Shown here one piece after another: positions 16,260 to 29,249 of a stretch of DNA of 64,000 nt (position 1 is the stretch's first letter; every line of letters starts with the position of its first letter). The translations under genes and the position numbers were made by a program. This DNA comes from Eledone cirrhosa (taxonomy: Eukaryota). The stretch is taken from the NCBI GenBank assembly GCA_964016885.1, contig OZ024741.1, forward strand, positions 134,974,001 to 135,038,000, in the 5' to 3' direction. Under the pieces are notes generated by a model that saw only the letters and a program-made list of their open reading frames with translations, did no database searches and was not told the origin of the DNA.

Positions 16260-16762
16260 TACCTCATTTTACTAGTCTCAAGAACGCGTCTACACGACGT
16301 GAGAAAGAATCCCAAAAGGCGGAGGGGGAGATAGTCACGCGATACAACGGTCGAGAAACAGAGCTAAGTCTCTTATAACCCCGAAGAAAATACCACGGAG
16401 GCGGAGGGGGTATTTATATCGAAGCCGCAGAAGAGGTGGTGAAGGAGGCGAGAAGTATGAGTAATGGAAGCTTTCCAGCAGTCCTCACACCTCAAAGATT
16501 GCTCGACCAGAGGGAGTTATTAACAATATATTTAGAAACACACAGATACATGCGGACCCACACATATACATGAATGCATCCGCACCCAACCGTGAGTTAA
16601 GGGTGCCAACTTCACCGATGTTGCTCAATGAATGACTGGGACAGACCAATCCAGTTGAACTAGACTGAACCAGTATCAGAGTTAAAAATACATTATGAAG
16701 AGAGAAGAAACGTTTAGATATAATTAGTAATAAAATGTATCATACCTAAACTGCTCCTAGAT

Positions 16763-16852
16763 TCCTCGACTACGTAGTTTCGTGGCATAAACAAAAACAA
16801 TACATCATAAAGATATAGAGTCCTTGCGAGGTCTGCCGACTTATCAAGAGGA
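16763..16852 (-). ncRNA. Type I hammerhead ribozyme, U3-A8 core variant (copy 2)
   Basis: Same fold as copy 1, with stem I TCCTC/GAGGA perfectly paired. Confidence 0.7.
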
Positions 16853-17355
16853 TACCTCATTTTACTAGTCTCAAGAACGCGTCTACACGACGTGAGAAAG
16901 AATCCCAAAAGGCGGAGGGGGAGATAGTCACGCGATACAACGGTCGAGAAACAGAGCTAAGTCTCTTATAACCCCGAAGAAAATACCACGGAGGCGGAGG
17001 GGGTATTTATATCGAAGCCGCAGAAGAGGTGGTGAAGGGGGCGAGAAGTATGAGTAATGGAAGCTTTCCAGCAGTCATCACACCTCAAAGATTGCTCGAC
17101 CAGAGGGAGTTATTAACAATATATTTAGAAACACACAGATACATGCGGACCCACACATATACATGAATGCATCCGCACCCAACCGTGAGTTAAGGGTGCC
17201 AACTTCACCGATGTTGCTCAATGAATGACTGGGACAGACCAATCCAGTTGAACTAGACTGAACCAGTATCAGAGTTAAAAATACATTATGAAGAGAGAAG
17301 AAACGTTTAGATATAATTAGTAATAAAATGTATCATACCTAAACTGCTCCTAGAT

Positions 17356-17445
17356 TCCTCGACTACGTAGTTTCGTGGCATAAACAAAAACAATACATCA
17401 TAAAGATATAGAGTCCTTGCGAGGTCTGCCGACTTATCAAGAGGA
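17356..17445 (-). ncRNA. Type I hammerhead ribozyme, U3-A8 core variant (copy 3)
   Basis: Same fold as copy 2. Confidence 0.7.
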
Positions 17446-18211
17446 TACCTCATTTTACTAGTCTCAAGAACGCGTCTACACGACGTGAGAAAGAATCCCA
17501 AAAGGCGGAGGGGGAGATAGTCACGCGATACAACTGTCGAGAAACAAGTATCTAAAAGGTTTCTAATGAGAATACAATGAGTATATGGTTTATTTTATCT
17601 AAATAAGAATTTTTGGGAGTGCCTATTTTAATCTATACTTGACCAATTGAACAATGGACAGGGCTGGTCGTTTGGTGTATTAGTATTAATAGATATAAAG
17701 TGTCAATTAAGGAAGAGGGAGATTTTCACTGCTACTGAATAACAACAATGCTGGTAGCCTGCTGTATATGCATTAGGGAATTGAATTAAGAAATCTCATT
17801 TTATCTATAGCAGTTTATATTAAATGGTAAAGAATAGAAGAGTTGATAGAATTAAGACTAATATCAGTGTAATCCATCTTATCAAATGTTGAATATTACA
17901 ATTAAAAAGAATTGAAAAGACTTAAAAATTAAAGATTTAAAATTAAGTGTTTAACCCCTCTACCAACCACAAAAATACGTGACTAACTTACAAACTAAAC
18001 ACACACCACACTACAAAAACAAATAAATATATATATATATATAAAAATTTCAGGTTATCAATAATGTAGTGATAATACGTGTATATCGTCACGCTAGAGA
18101 TGAACAGCGTACGTGTAGGTTTGCTCAACGAGTATAAATTATATTCCGGAGAAAATGTAGAAAAGATGAATATATGTATTTTTACAATCAAACGGAGATG
18201 GAGACAGGCGT

Positions 18212-18830
18212 TCAATCCTGGTAGTGTTTGTAATATGAAAATGTAGATTTCAAGAGATGGTTACAGTATAACAATTGCTCTATTCTGTTATTTAATAAAA
18301 TATTTTTTGATTTCATAATACAAAATAATTCCATATTACACAATTTACAAAATTCCTGTCCGTGGGTATATGCAGGGGCAGACACGCTATTATATCCCAT
18401 TTTAGGTTAAATTGTTGGTTATTTTCGCGCAACTGCCAAGCCTCGTCTGCGAGCGTTGTTACATAACGCTGGTTTTCATGTTTTATTGAGTAACGATGTC
18501 TATAAAGGCGAGATTTGAAGGAGGTAGCTGTAGACCCCACATAGTACCACTTCTGGCTATCCGATTCGATGGTACATTTGTATATGATGTTGCGTTCAAG
18601 ACACTGATTATTCAACGGACACATTCCTGGCTGGACACAGTTACAGTTATAATTTTGCGTTGTTGTATTGGCATGGATGGGTTGATGAGGTTGCTTAGGC
18701 AGGACGGGATGTTGTTTGTTGTTTTGTGATGTTATAGCCGATGTTTTACGTGTATTGTTATGTGTTGGAAGGCGTTTATACAACAGTTTTGCGTTAAGCT
18801 TTTTTATATGTTGTTCAATATTAGGGGCGG
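18212..18830 (-). pseudogene. PLE GIY-YIG endonuclease domain, frameshifted
   Basis: CNC...CPLNNQCLERNIIYKC...YYVGSTATSFKSRLYRH...W, then after a frameshift FCKLCNMELFCIM...LLNNRIEQLLYCNH (typical Penelope GIY-YIG C-terminus). Confidence 0.85.
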
Positions 18831-19215
18831 TTGAAACTGCTATAGATAAAATGAGATTTCTTAATTCAATTCCCTAATGCATATACCAGCAGGCTACCAG
18901 CATTGTTGTTATTCAGTAGCAGTGAAAATCTCCCTCTTCCTTAATTGACACTTTATATCTATGAATACTACTACACCAAACGACCAGCCCTGTCCATTGT
19001 TCAATTGGTCAAGTATAGATTAAAATAGGCACTCCCAAAAATTCTTATTTAGATAAAATAAACCATATACTCATTGTATTCTCATTAGAAACCTTTTAGA
19101 CACTTGTTTACCAGTAAATTGAATTGCCATCTGTCATATACTATCCCCTCTCCTCTTCCTTTCTTACAACTAATATAAATACTTCAATTTTTCTGATTTT
19201 TTCCAATGTATCCAA

Positions 19216-19333
19216 TATCTCTGAAGAAGTGACAACTGATTATACATTTGCTATCGAATACTTGCTAACATTATATGATTACGCAAGCAGCGATACATAG
19301 GTATTCCGTCTGTTACAGAAACATATGTCAATA
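19216..19333 (+). ncRNA. Possible degenerate hammerhead with a long branched stem II
   Basis: TATCT-CTGAAGA-AGTGACA..~75 nt..TGTTACA-GAAA-CATATG-TC-AATA. Stem I needs a bulge. Confidence 0.35.
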
Positions 19334-19845
19334 CCTAATAAATTCCTTTATAAAAGCACTTTCATTTTATATTCATCTTTTCTACATTTTCTCCGGAATA
19401 TAATTTATACTCGTTGAGCAAACCTACACGTACGCTGTTCATCTCTAACGTGACGATATACACGTATTATCACTACATTATTGATAACCTGAAATTTTTA
19501 TATATATATATATATATTTATTTGTTTTTGTAGTGTGGTGTGTGTTTAGTTTGTAAGTTAGTCACGTATTTTTGTGGTTGGTAGAGGGGTTAAACACTTA
19601 ATTTTAAATCTTTAATTTTTAAGTCTTTTCAATTCTTTTTAATTGTAATATTCAACATTTGATAAGATGGATTACACTGATATATCGAAAGCGCTTATAT
19701 TTTATATATCTTATCTGCATTTTAAAACTCCTTTAAAAAAAAAAAAAAATTGTTCCTCTTATTTTTTCAATAATGTCACTTTGACGAATCAACGAAGAAA
19801 AAAAGAAAAACATCCTATAAATATACTTTACGTACTATTTCCAAC

Positions 19846-20790
<945 letters not shown>

Positions 20791-20917
20791 GAGGATCCGC
20801 TAAGGTGAAACAATTGTCCTCGGTATTGTCAACTAACTGTTGTGTAACCACTTCTACCTAACTCGTCCCATGGACTGAGTTCTCTACCACTACGGATATT
20901 ACCTTCCAGTGTTCTAC

Positions 20918-20956
<39 letters not shown>

Positions 20957-20997
20957 CGAAACATAAGTCAATTGCATGAACTCATAATCCTTTATTT

Positions 20998-21053
20998 ACT
21001 GCTATATATATTTCGATGATAGCCATTGAATGGCTATGACCTCATCAGGCAGT
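20998..21053 (-). ncRNA. Minimal type I hammerhead ribozyme
   Basis: ACTGC-CTGATGA-GGTCATAGCCAT TCA ATGGCTATCATC-GAAA-TATATA-TA-GCAGT. Same family as 31207-31261. Confidence 0.8.
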
Positions 21054-21576
21054 TAGTCAGTTCTTAGATATGCCAGCTCTGTGTGTATAGTGTTGATGGT
21101 ATCAGAGCCTTGGGACATATGAGTTTGTTAGGAATACTTTGATGTTGTCAGCAGGATTAGTCTTGATTCTCATTGGTCAGTTTGTAGATGGTAGTAGGTT
21201 GGTATTTGACCTCAAAGAGGCAGGTGGTTCTGTAAGTTTCAAACCGTCAGGCAAGATGACAATAGTTCCACATGACTGATTTTCACAAAAGGCATTCTTG
21301 GTCAGATATATTTTCAAATAAGGTTAATAGTATGAAATAGATACTACAGGTCATTCTTAAATTGAGGAATTTATGTGGAGTGGTGCTACTGAAATTTATG
21401 GTTGGAGTAGAAAGTTTACAAATAAAAAGGCTTAAGTAGGTTGGCTTGCACTACACTCACACCCACCTCCACATCCACACGCACACATCCACACATACAA
21501 AAAGTGGGGTGGTAATACTTAATATGACTAAAATTCGAAGAAGGCTCAATAAGGATTTTATATATATATATATAAA

Positions 21577-22686
21577 AAAATAAACGTGCTGCGGCGTTGC
21601 TAATGGGTTACATATGAATAAAGTTAGTCCTTCATCAGTGATCTTCCAACCATCATTGGTATTTCATCGCTTTAAAGACCATATACCTCCGGTTGGTGCG
21701 AGCAACGGCTAAAAAAAGTCGTTCGGACACGTAAATAAAGGGGACAAGAGTGTAAACAACAAAAATGGTGAGCAACGAAAAGTGAGGAAGAAGAAGTCAA
21801 GTCCCAAATTTCTATGAATTTAAATTCGGTGAAATCGTGAACGAGAGAGAATAAAGACCATCAAACCTGATTGGAATGTAAGCAAGGAAGGAATTCCGTA
21901 CAGGTCTAACGGGAGGAAGAAGGGATCTAGTCTGTAATTTCGGTGAACGTGAGTTCTGTGAAATCGTAGACGAGAGAGAGAAAAAGAACGACCTGCTAGA
22001 CCAAGAGTGCGAAAGAAAAGAATTACGCACTGATGAAGGACTAACTTTATTCATATGTAACCCATTAGCAACGCCGCAGCACGTTTATTTTCATATTTAC
22101 ACATATTTTTTTCCCCGCTGTTACACGTCTATTTCGTTCTTACCGCTTCCTCTTTCGCTGTATCTTTACCCTCTCTAGCAGTCATTCTCTCTGTTAGCAT
22201 CTTTCTCACCCTTCACTCACCCATTCTCTGTTACTACCTCTCCTCCTCCTCCTTCTTCCTGTTTGACCTGTGCGTAATTCTTTTCTTTCGCACTCTTGGT
22301 CTAGCAGGTCGTTCTTTCTCTCTCTCTCGTCTACGATTTCACAGAACTCACGTTCACCGAAATCACAGACTAGATCCCTTCTTCCTCCCATTATACCTGT
22401 ACGGAATTCCTTCCTTGCTTACATTCCAACCAGGTTTGATGGTCTTTATTCTCTCTCGTTCACGATTTCACCGAATTTAAATTCATAGAAATTTGGGACT
22501 TGACTTCTTCTTCCTCACTTTTCGTTGCTCACCATTTTTGTTGTTTACACTCTTGTCCCCTTTATTTACGTGTCCGAACGACTTTTTTTAGCCGTTGCTC
22601 GCACCAACCGGAGGTATATGGTCTTTAAAGCGATGAAATACCAATGATGGTTGGAAGATCACTGATGAAGGACTAACTTTATTCAT
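21577..22686. mobile_element. Non-coding ~632-bp element with terminal direct repeat plus an inverted partial copy, flanked by (TA)n
   Basis: ACTGATGAAGGACTAACTTTATTCATAT occurs at 22029 and 22661. 21577-22030 is the reverse complement of 22270-22686 joined to 22029-22090, so it spans the unit junction. Confidence 0.7.
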
Positions 22687-22765
22687 ATATATATATATAT
22701 ATATATATAAAATCTTTATTGAGCCCTCTTCGGATTTTAGTCTTCAATTTTATTATTACTATTAT

Positions 22766-22873
<108 letters not shown>

Positions 22874-22939
22874 GTAGAACACTGGAAGGTAATATATATA
22901 CATATATATATGTATATATATAGACATATATATAAATCC

Positions 22940-23330
22940 ATTTTGTGGCTGGCTTTCCGCCATCCCATTCTTGAACTGGTTTTCAAGAAGGTCTCTCTAG
23001 ATCTTTGTCCCATCATCTGGCCTCGGTATCCATTAGATTTTTACAAATAGAATTTAGATTTTTACAAATAAAAAATGAAATGTTTGAATATCTGCAGACT
23101 GTATTGCTTTCTGGAGATCAACCCTGAGAAGACTATGCCGAGTTCATAAACCTCTCCCATCTTTATGCTGGTGGCTGGCCACCTCCCCAGTTCTCCTGCT
23201 CGGTCCCAGGAGCTAATCACCAGGCTCATTGGATGGCTAAAGTCATATATGTAATCAAGATAGTTCTGTTCAAAGAACAACTTAAGCTTACACAATATCA
23301 GTCATGGATTTTGAAACATAAACATTCGTT
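22940..23330 (+). pseudogene. hAT-type (hATm-like) transposase relic
   Basis: Manual translation gives [18 protein letters not shown] (degenerate CRHH/CxxH motif) and QP*EDYAEFINLS...GG...PGANHQAHWMAKVIYVIKIVLFKEQLKLT, resembling the PRDDY / PGAxHHARWMAK motifs. Confidence 0.6.
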
Positions 23331-23714
23331 TCTCATTATATATTCCATCCTTACAAAGTGTTTCTCCGTGTAACACCAATAATATTGTGTATTTAGAGCA
23401 TATTCCTCCTGCCTATTTACATTTCATTTCAATCCGTCGTGTGCTTTCCTCACGGGATTCAGTAAAGTGAACAAAAAGGAAAATATTCTACAGGCTAGAT
23501 CCCATAAAATCGTAATAAATAAAAAGATGTTAACGTGTTCAACCCTTAAATATTATTCGATTGACCCATACTTCGGCATACTTTGCTATTTTATCAATTC
23601 GAAAATGACCGAATCAATATGAGATGATTGACGAATTGTTTGCAAAATGGAACACCTTAATATACATATATGTACTCATAGGGTCTATCATCATTTAACA
23701 TCAACTCTCCCTGC

Positions 23715-23930
<216 letters not shown>

Positions 23931-24311
23931 AACTGAGAAAGGCGCGTTATTGAACTTTAATATATCATAGTTTTATACGAATTTGAATAATTAAATTTAA
24001 TATTTAATAATTTACTGCGATCAATAAATAGATCGTTAAACAACTTTGCCGCATGGCAGAATTGTGGAAATATCTAATTGGATGGTGAGGGTCGTATGTT
24101 GTTATGACCTGTCACATGATTTGGTGTAGGTTGAGTGTGGGCCATGTAGTGGAAAATACAGCTTGGGATTTTGTCAATGCTGTTGGAAAAAAGAAGTGTT
24201 AAAAACTAGGTTCGTCTTTTTAATAAACCCTAAGTCGAAATTATTTTATTTGGGAGAATAGGGCATATAACTGGTAGAAATGGGGGTACATCCGAGAGTT
24301 AACGAGGGTGT

Positions 24312-24640
24312 TAAATGCCCAGACACACATTGTAGAGCTAGCCTATGGCGCTAAATATCCCGGAATACATTGTAGATCTAGCCTAGGGCACTAAATAACC
24401 AGACACACATTGTAGAGCCAGCCTATGGCACTAAAAACGCAATCACACATTGTTGAGCTAGTCTAGAGCACTAAATACCCAGGAACACATTGTAGAACAA
24501 TATAGAGCGCTAAATACCCAAGCACACATTATAGAGCTAGTCAAGAGCGCTAAATACCCATGCACACATTGTAGAACTAGCCTAGGGCACTAAATACCCA
24601 GGCATACATTGTAGACCTAGCCTAGGGCACTAAATACCCA
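24312..24640. repeat. ~40-bp minisatellite, about 8 diverged copies
   Basis: Consensus TAAATACCCAGGCACACATTGTAGAGCTAGCCTAGGGCAC. Confidence 0.85.
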
Positions 24641-25463
24641 TGTGGTGGCTCTACCAAAACTTTACATCTACCCCTTTCCTTACGGCGAATTCTTTGTATA
24701 ACTGATGTGTTTACTCTAAAAGCTTTCCCTGACATTCTCTCTCCCAAGTTCTCGAAGAATCTTAGGCTGTAGAGAAGGTCATCCTTCTAAGATCATTGCT
24801 ATCCTTAAAGGTTAACGTTACAGTTCAAGGTTATTAAATAGTTCCTTGAGATATTTAATTCATTCATCCATTTAGATAACCTTTCCAACTTTTTTCTATT
24901 CTTCTGTCGCTTCATATTGAACTTCGATCATCAAGTTTCAACGAACTTACCTGATTTCTTTTATTTGTTTTCCTTTTTGCCTTAGTAATAATTTCTTTAT
25001 TGGTCGGTAACTATAACACAGATGCTTAGATGTCTACATTTATGAGGCGAGTTGTTACTAGATCTGTAAGGATCTAGCTAGCTATTCACTTCACTTCACT
25101 TTATGATGTTGTGTGCTTTCATTTACATCTTTATATATTTCTAGTTACCACCACCATATTGTCTGTTCATGTGCAGGCGACATGTTTTGTATATATATAT
25201 TTTTGCCTTTCTATCAAAGAAGGCGTTTTAGTTTGTTTTTTGTTTGGATTATTTTTCAGCTCGGTACAATGTATGGACGTGAAGGCAAATAAAGAATGTA
25301 TCGATTTCAATCTTATATATATATATATATATAAAATCATTGTGCAAATAGGAGATCAATGCAAATAAGAATGAGGTACGAACGTTTCCCTTCAGATGTA
25401 TGAATCATAATAGTACATACAACAATCACTCTGTTAGATCAATATAGTTCCAATCATATGTAT

Positions 25464-25575
25464 GTGAAGGCGTCTGGCTTAATAGTTAGGCTGTATGGCT
25501 CAAGATCGTAATATTGTGAGCTCGATTCCCGGTAACACGTTTTGTCTAAAGCAAGACATTTCATTCCATTTTCTT
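25464..25575 (+). mobile_element. Degenerate tRNA-derived SINE (CORE-like family)
   Basis: GTGAAGGCG.TGGCTTAATAG A-box-like, CTCGATTCC B-box-like, and AGCAAGACA core-like segment shared with other copies. Confidence 0.6.
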
Positions 25576-25734
25576 TCAACCCACACAACTTATATTTGTA
25601 AAACTACATGATCAAGCCAGGTGTTATTTCCAAATTGGTAAAAAACAAAACAAACAACGTCTTCATCCTTTTCGTCAGGTAGTATATATATATATATATA
25701 TATATAAATGTAATCTTTCGAATATTAATAATTG

Positions 25735-25920
25735 TTTCTACTTTAGGCACAAGGCCAGCAAATACCCAGTGCATTACTGGTACTTTATTTTATCGACCCC
25801 GTAAGGATGAAAGGCAAAGTCAACCTCGGCGGGATTTGAACTCAGATCGTAAAGGGACGTAACTATGCTGGAAAGCATGGCGTCCAACCCTCTACCGATA
25901 CTGCCAATCCACCGCCCTGC
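25735..25920 (-). mobile_element. tRNA-derived SINE (second family, Meta-domain-like)
   Basis: A box TGGCAGTATCGG, B box GAGTTCAAATCC, then GTTGACTTTGCCTTTCATCCTTACGGGGTCGATAAAATAAAGTACCAG. Confidence 0.8.
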
Positions 25921-26609
25921 CAATCCATTAATAATAACATTCGATTCGTTTGCAATTATGCAAACAAGCCTCAATAGCCATGTCAGTAGAATGAACCCTT
26001 CATTCTTGCTCTTGTGTTGGCATGCGAACAGAACTGCAGACACTAATGTTTCTGGGTATCACCCTTCATCAGTACAGCTCACTGTTCACCTGCCAAAAAT
26101 ACACAGTGACTGATCGGCCTGATTTGCATATTAGCAGACTGGCTGATCCAGACTGGCCAGAGAGACTGGCCAGTCAGTTTCCTGTATACGAGCGATAAAT
26201 GGCTGGCTTTGCCAAATTCAAATAAAAAAGAAAATTTCACTCTACATGGCTGAATACAATAAATGGAACCTGAGTTTTTCGAATATTAATAATAACATTC
26301 GATTCGTTTGCAATTATGCAAACAAGCTTCAATTTTATAGCCATGTCAGTAGAATGAACCCTTCATTCTTGCTCTTGTGCTGGCATGCGAACAGAACTGT
26401 AGACACTAATGTTTATGGGTTTATGGGTGTAGAGAAATTGTCAGAATCACTAGATAGTATAAAAAAGATATTTGTTCACCGACCGCATGCTATCGTGTCT
26501 CAGATACGAAGTTTGAAAAAGTTTTATATTTAGGGAAAGCGTTAAAAATTATGAAAGGCTAGATATGTAAGAACATCTTTTCATTACATAAATTATCTAG
26601 TGATCAGTT

Positions 26610-26679
<70 letters not shown>

Positions 26680-26899
26680 CGTTTCTGAATTTGTTTAGCA
26701 AGATTCTTTATCTGAAATCGTGTGTTGAAACCGATATTGTTATACTTTGGGAGGGTCATGTTGCCAATAAGAAACACACGCACCAGTTGCTTTCACTTCA
26801 ATTTATTATATATTTATAAATTTATAAATTTACAAATCTACAAACTTATAAATTTCTGGTTGGTTGGTTGGTTCCACAACCAGATAGTTGTTTATATAT

Positions 26900-26944
26900 A
26901 GTCATAGTCCTTTCGTCACACACTCTGTGACCTCTTCAGTGACT
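26900..26944 (-). ncRNA. Minimal type I hammerhead in the inverted pLTR
   Basis: AGTCA-CTGAAGA-GGTCACAGAGTGTGTGAC-GAAA-GGAC-TA-TGACT. Confidence 0.7.
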
Positions 26945-27382
26945 GGGGATTCCTTTCTTTGTTTCTGTGCCTTTCCTTTCTTCTATCCTACGCCATTTTG
27001 TTTCTGTGTGTGTGTTGTGTGCTCAGTTTGCGCATGCGCCACATCCGGGTGTCTGTGTGTGTTTGTGTTCATTTATCTATTTGTTTATTTATTTATTTAT
27101 TTATTTATTGTTGGCTGGTTGTTTGTTCTATGTGTGTGTGTGTTTTCATTTTGTCCTGTGTGTGTTTTCATTTTGTCCTTAATTGTAAGTTGTGATGTTG
27201 TTGTTCCACTCATATTTTCTATTTAATTTTGGTTGTAATTCTTTTATGCTTACTGCTTCTGTAATTTGCCTAAACATTGCATCTTTTCTGTGTGTGGATT
27301 CTATTTTTATTTCTATGTTCTCTAATCTACCCCTGTGTTCTATCTTAGCATGTTGGTAGAGCACAGATGATTCTTTATTATC

Positions 27383-28209
27383 CGATTGCGGATTTGGTAC
27401 GGGTGATGAGAAATGTGTCCCGCATGTGCAACCCCGAAGAACTAGAGAGACACATACAACACTTCATCCACCGTATGCAGTTCTCTGGCTACAATCAGAG
27501 AGATAGAATCAGAGTGTATAAAGGAGCCAGAACCAAATGGGAAAAAATGGTAAATAATGACATAAATGGGACCTGCCCCTTGTATAGGAGCAAATTTTGG
27601 AATAGAATAGAAAGAACTAGGAACAAGGCCAATAGAATAAACTCATGGTATGATAGCAATAAATACCAGAGTGTAATGTTCATCAATACAACCCCTAGAG
27701 GCGAACTAGCCTACAAATTTAGAAGGGCCCTAAATAAACATAAACTCAATATTAAGATAGTAGAAAGACCAGGTACCTCCGTAAAAACACTTATTAGCAA
27801 GACATACCCGTTCCAAAGACCCTCATGTATAGATAAGAAATGTATAACCTGTAAAATAAGCCCCCATATTAACTGTAAAACTAGAAATGTAGTGTATAGC
27901 ATAAGATGTACTGAAGGACAATGTAGAAACAAAAATATAGTGTACATAGGTGAGACAGCTCGTAGTATAGGGGAACGAATAAATGAACACTGGCGAGACC
28001 TTCAAGATAATAAAGAATCATCTGTGCTCTACCAACATGCTAAGATAGAACACAGGGGTAGATTAGAGAACATAGAAATAAAAATAGAATCCACACACAG
28101 AAAAGATGCAATGTTTAGGCAAATTACAGAGGCAGTAAGCATAAAAGAATTACAACCAAAATTAAATAGAAAATATGGGTGGAACAACAACATCACAACT
28201 TACAATTAA
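27383..28209 (+). CDS. PLE ORF C-terminal part: RT thumb, Cys-rich linker, GIY-YIG endonuclease (5'-truncated)
   Basis: ...MQFSGY...PLYR...WY...CIDKKCITC...CKTRNVVYSIRCTEGQC...YIGETARSIGERINEH...RQITEAVSI...LNRK. The listed ATG at 27367 comes from the inverted junction and is chimeric. Confidence 0.85.
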
Positions 28210-28443
28210 GGACAAAATGAAAACACACACAGGACAAAATGAAAACACACACACACATAGAACAAACAACCAACCAACAATAAATAAATAAATAAATAAA
28301 TAAACAAATAGATAAATGAACACAAACACACACAGACACCCGGATGTGGCGCATGCGCAAACTGAGCATACAACACACACACAGAAACAAAATGGCGTAG
28401 GATAGAAGAAAGGAAAGGCACAGAAACAAAGAAAGGAATCCCC

Positions 28444-28486
28444 AGTCACTGAAGAGGTCACAGAGTGTGACGAAAGGACTATGACT
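28444..28486 (+). ncRNA. Minimal type I hammerhead downstream of the GIY-YIG ORF
   Basis: AGTCA-CTGAAGA-GGTCACAGAGTGTGAC-GAAA-GGAC-TA-TGACT. Confidence 0.7.
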
Positions 28487-28644
28487 ATATATAAACAACT
28501 ATCTGGTTGTGGAACCAACCAACCAACCAGAAATTTATAAGTTTGTAGATTTGTAAATTTATAAATTTATAAATATATAATAAATTGAAGTGAAAGCAAC
28601 TGGTGCGTGTGTTTCTTATTGGCAACATGACCCTCCCAAAGTAT

Positions 28645-28689
<45 letters not shown>

Positions 28690-28714
28690 CACAGACACAC
28701 ACACACAAACACAA

Positions 28715-28832
<118 letters not shown>

Positions 28833-29077
28833 GTAGGAGGTGAGTTTTATTGTAGTACAATAAAGCAATGCAGATATTGGATAAGTAGCACTCTACAGTT
28901 TGTAGGACTGGAGTATAAATAATATATAAGATCAAAAGATGGTTAAAAGAGTTCCATGTATTTTATTATGCGCATTTCAAAAACAAATATCATCATGCAA
29001 TAACATTTGCGTTTTCATATGTTGATTTAAAACTGCACTATTCACAAGTGTGTTTTAACCTTCATATCACGTCTCCC

Positions 29078-29148
29078 TATTTTATCTGACGAAAACGCAA
29101 ATGTTATTGCATGATGATATTTGTTTTTGAAATGCGCATAATAAAATA
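29078..29148 (+). ncRNA. Type I hammerhead ribozyme
   Basis: TATTTTAT-CTGACGA-long stem II-GAAA-TGCGCA-TA-ATAAAATA. Perfect 8-bp stem I and palindromic stem III ATGCGCAT. Confidence 0.85.
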
Positions 29149-29249
29149 CATGGAACTCTTTTAACCATCTTTTGATCTTATATATTATATATATATATAT
29201 ATATATACGATATATTAACAAATGGAAACTATATTTATAAAACCATATT

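Larger units (their letters stand above)
16101..17547 (-). repeat. 593-bp non-coding tandem repeat (about 2.4 copies), one hammerhead per monomer; retrozyme or PLE pseudo-LTR-like
   Basis: Monomers start at 16101, 16694 and 17287 (TATGAAGAGAGAAGAAACG...) and are nearly identical. Only a 64-aa ORF with no recognisable motif is present. Confidence 0.9.
17541..19684 (-). mobile_element. Rearranged Penelope-like element fragment with two internal inverted duplications
   Basis: GIY-YIG ORF on the minus strand. 17541-17817 is an inverted copy of 18833-19110, and 17861-18174 is an inverted copy of 19367-19684. Confidence 0.8.
26677..28650 (+). mobile_element. 5'-truncated Penelope-like element with inverted pseudo-LTR, in (TA)n
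   Basis: ~26735-27382 is the reverse complement of ~28006-28650; the inversion junction is at ~27382. (TA)n on both sides, and a hammerhead in each terminal copy. Confidence 0.92.

Noticed and set aside
16121-17501. Repeated 64-aa ORF in the 593-bp unit
   Set aside because: Non-ATG start, no motifs, and it overlaps the hammerhead fold; more likely incidental.
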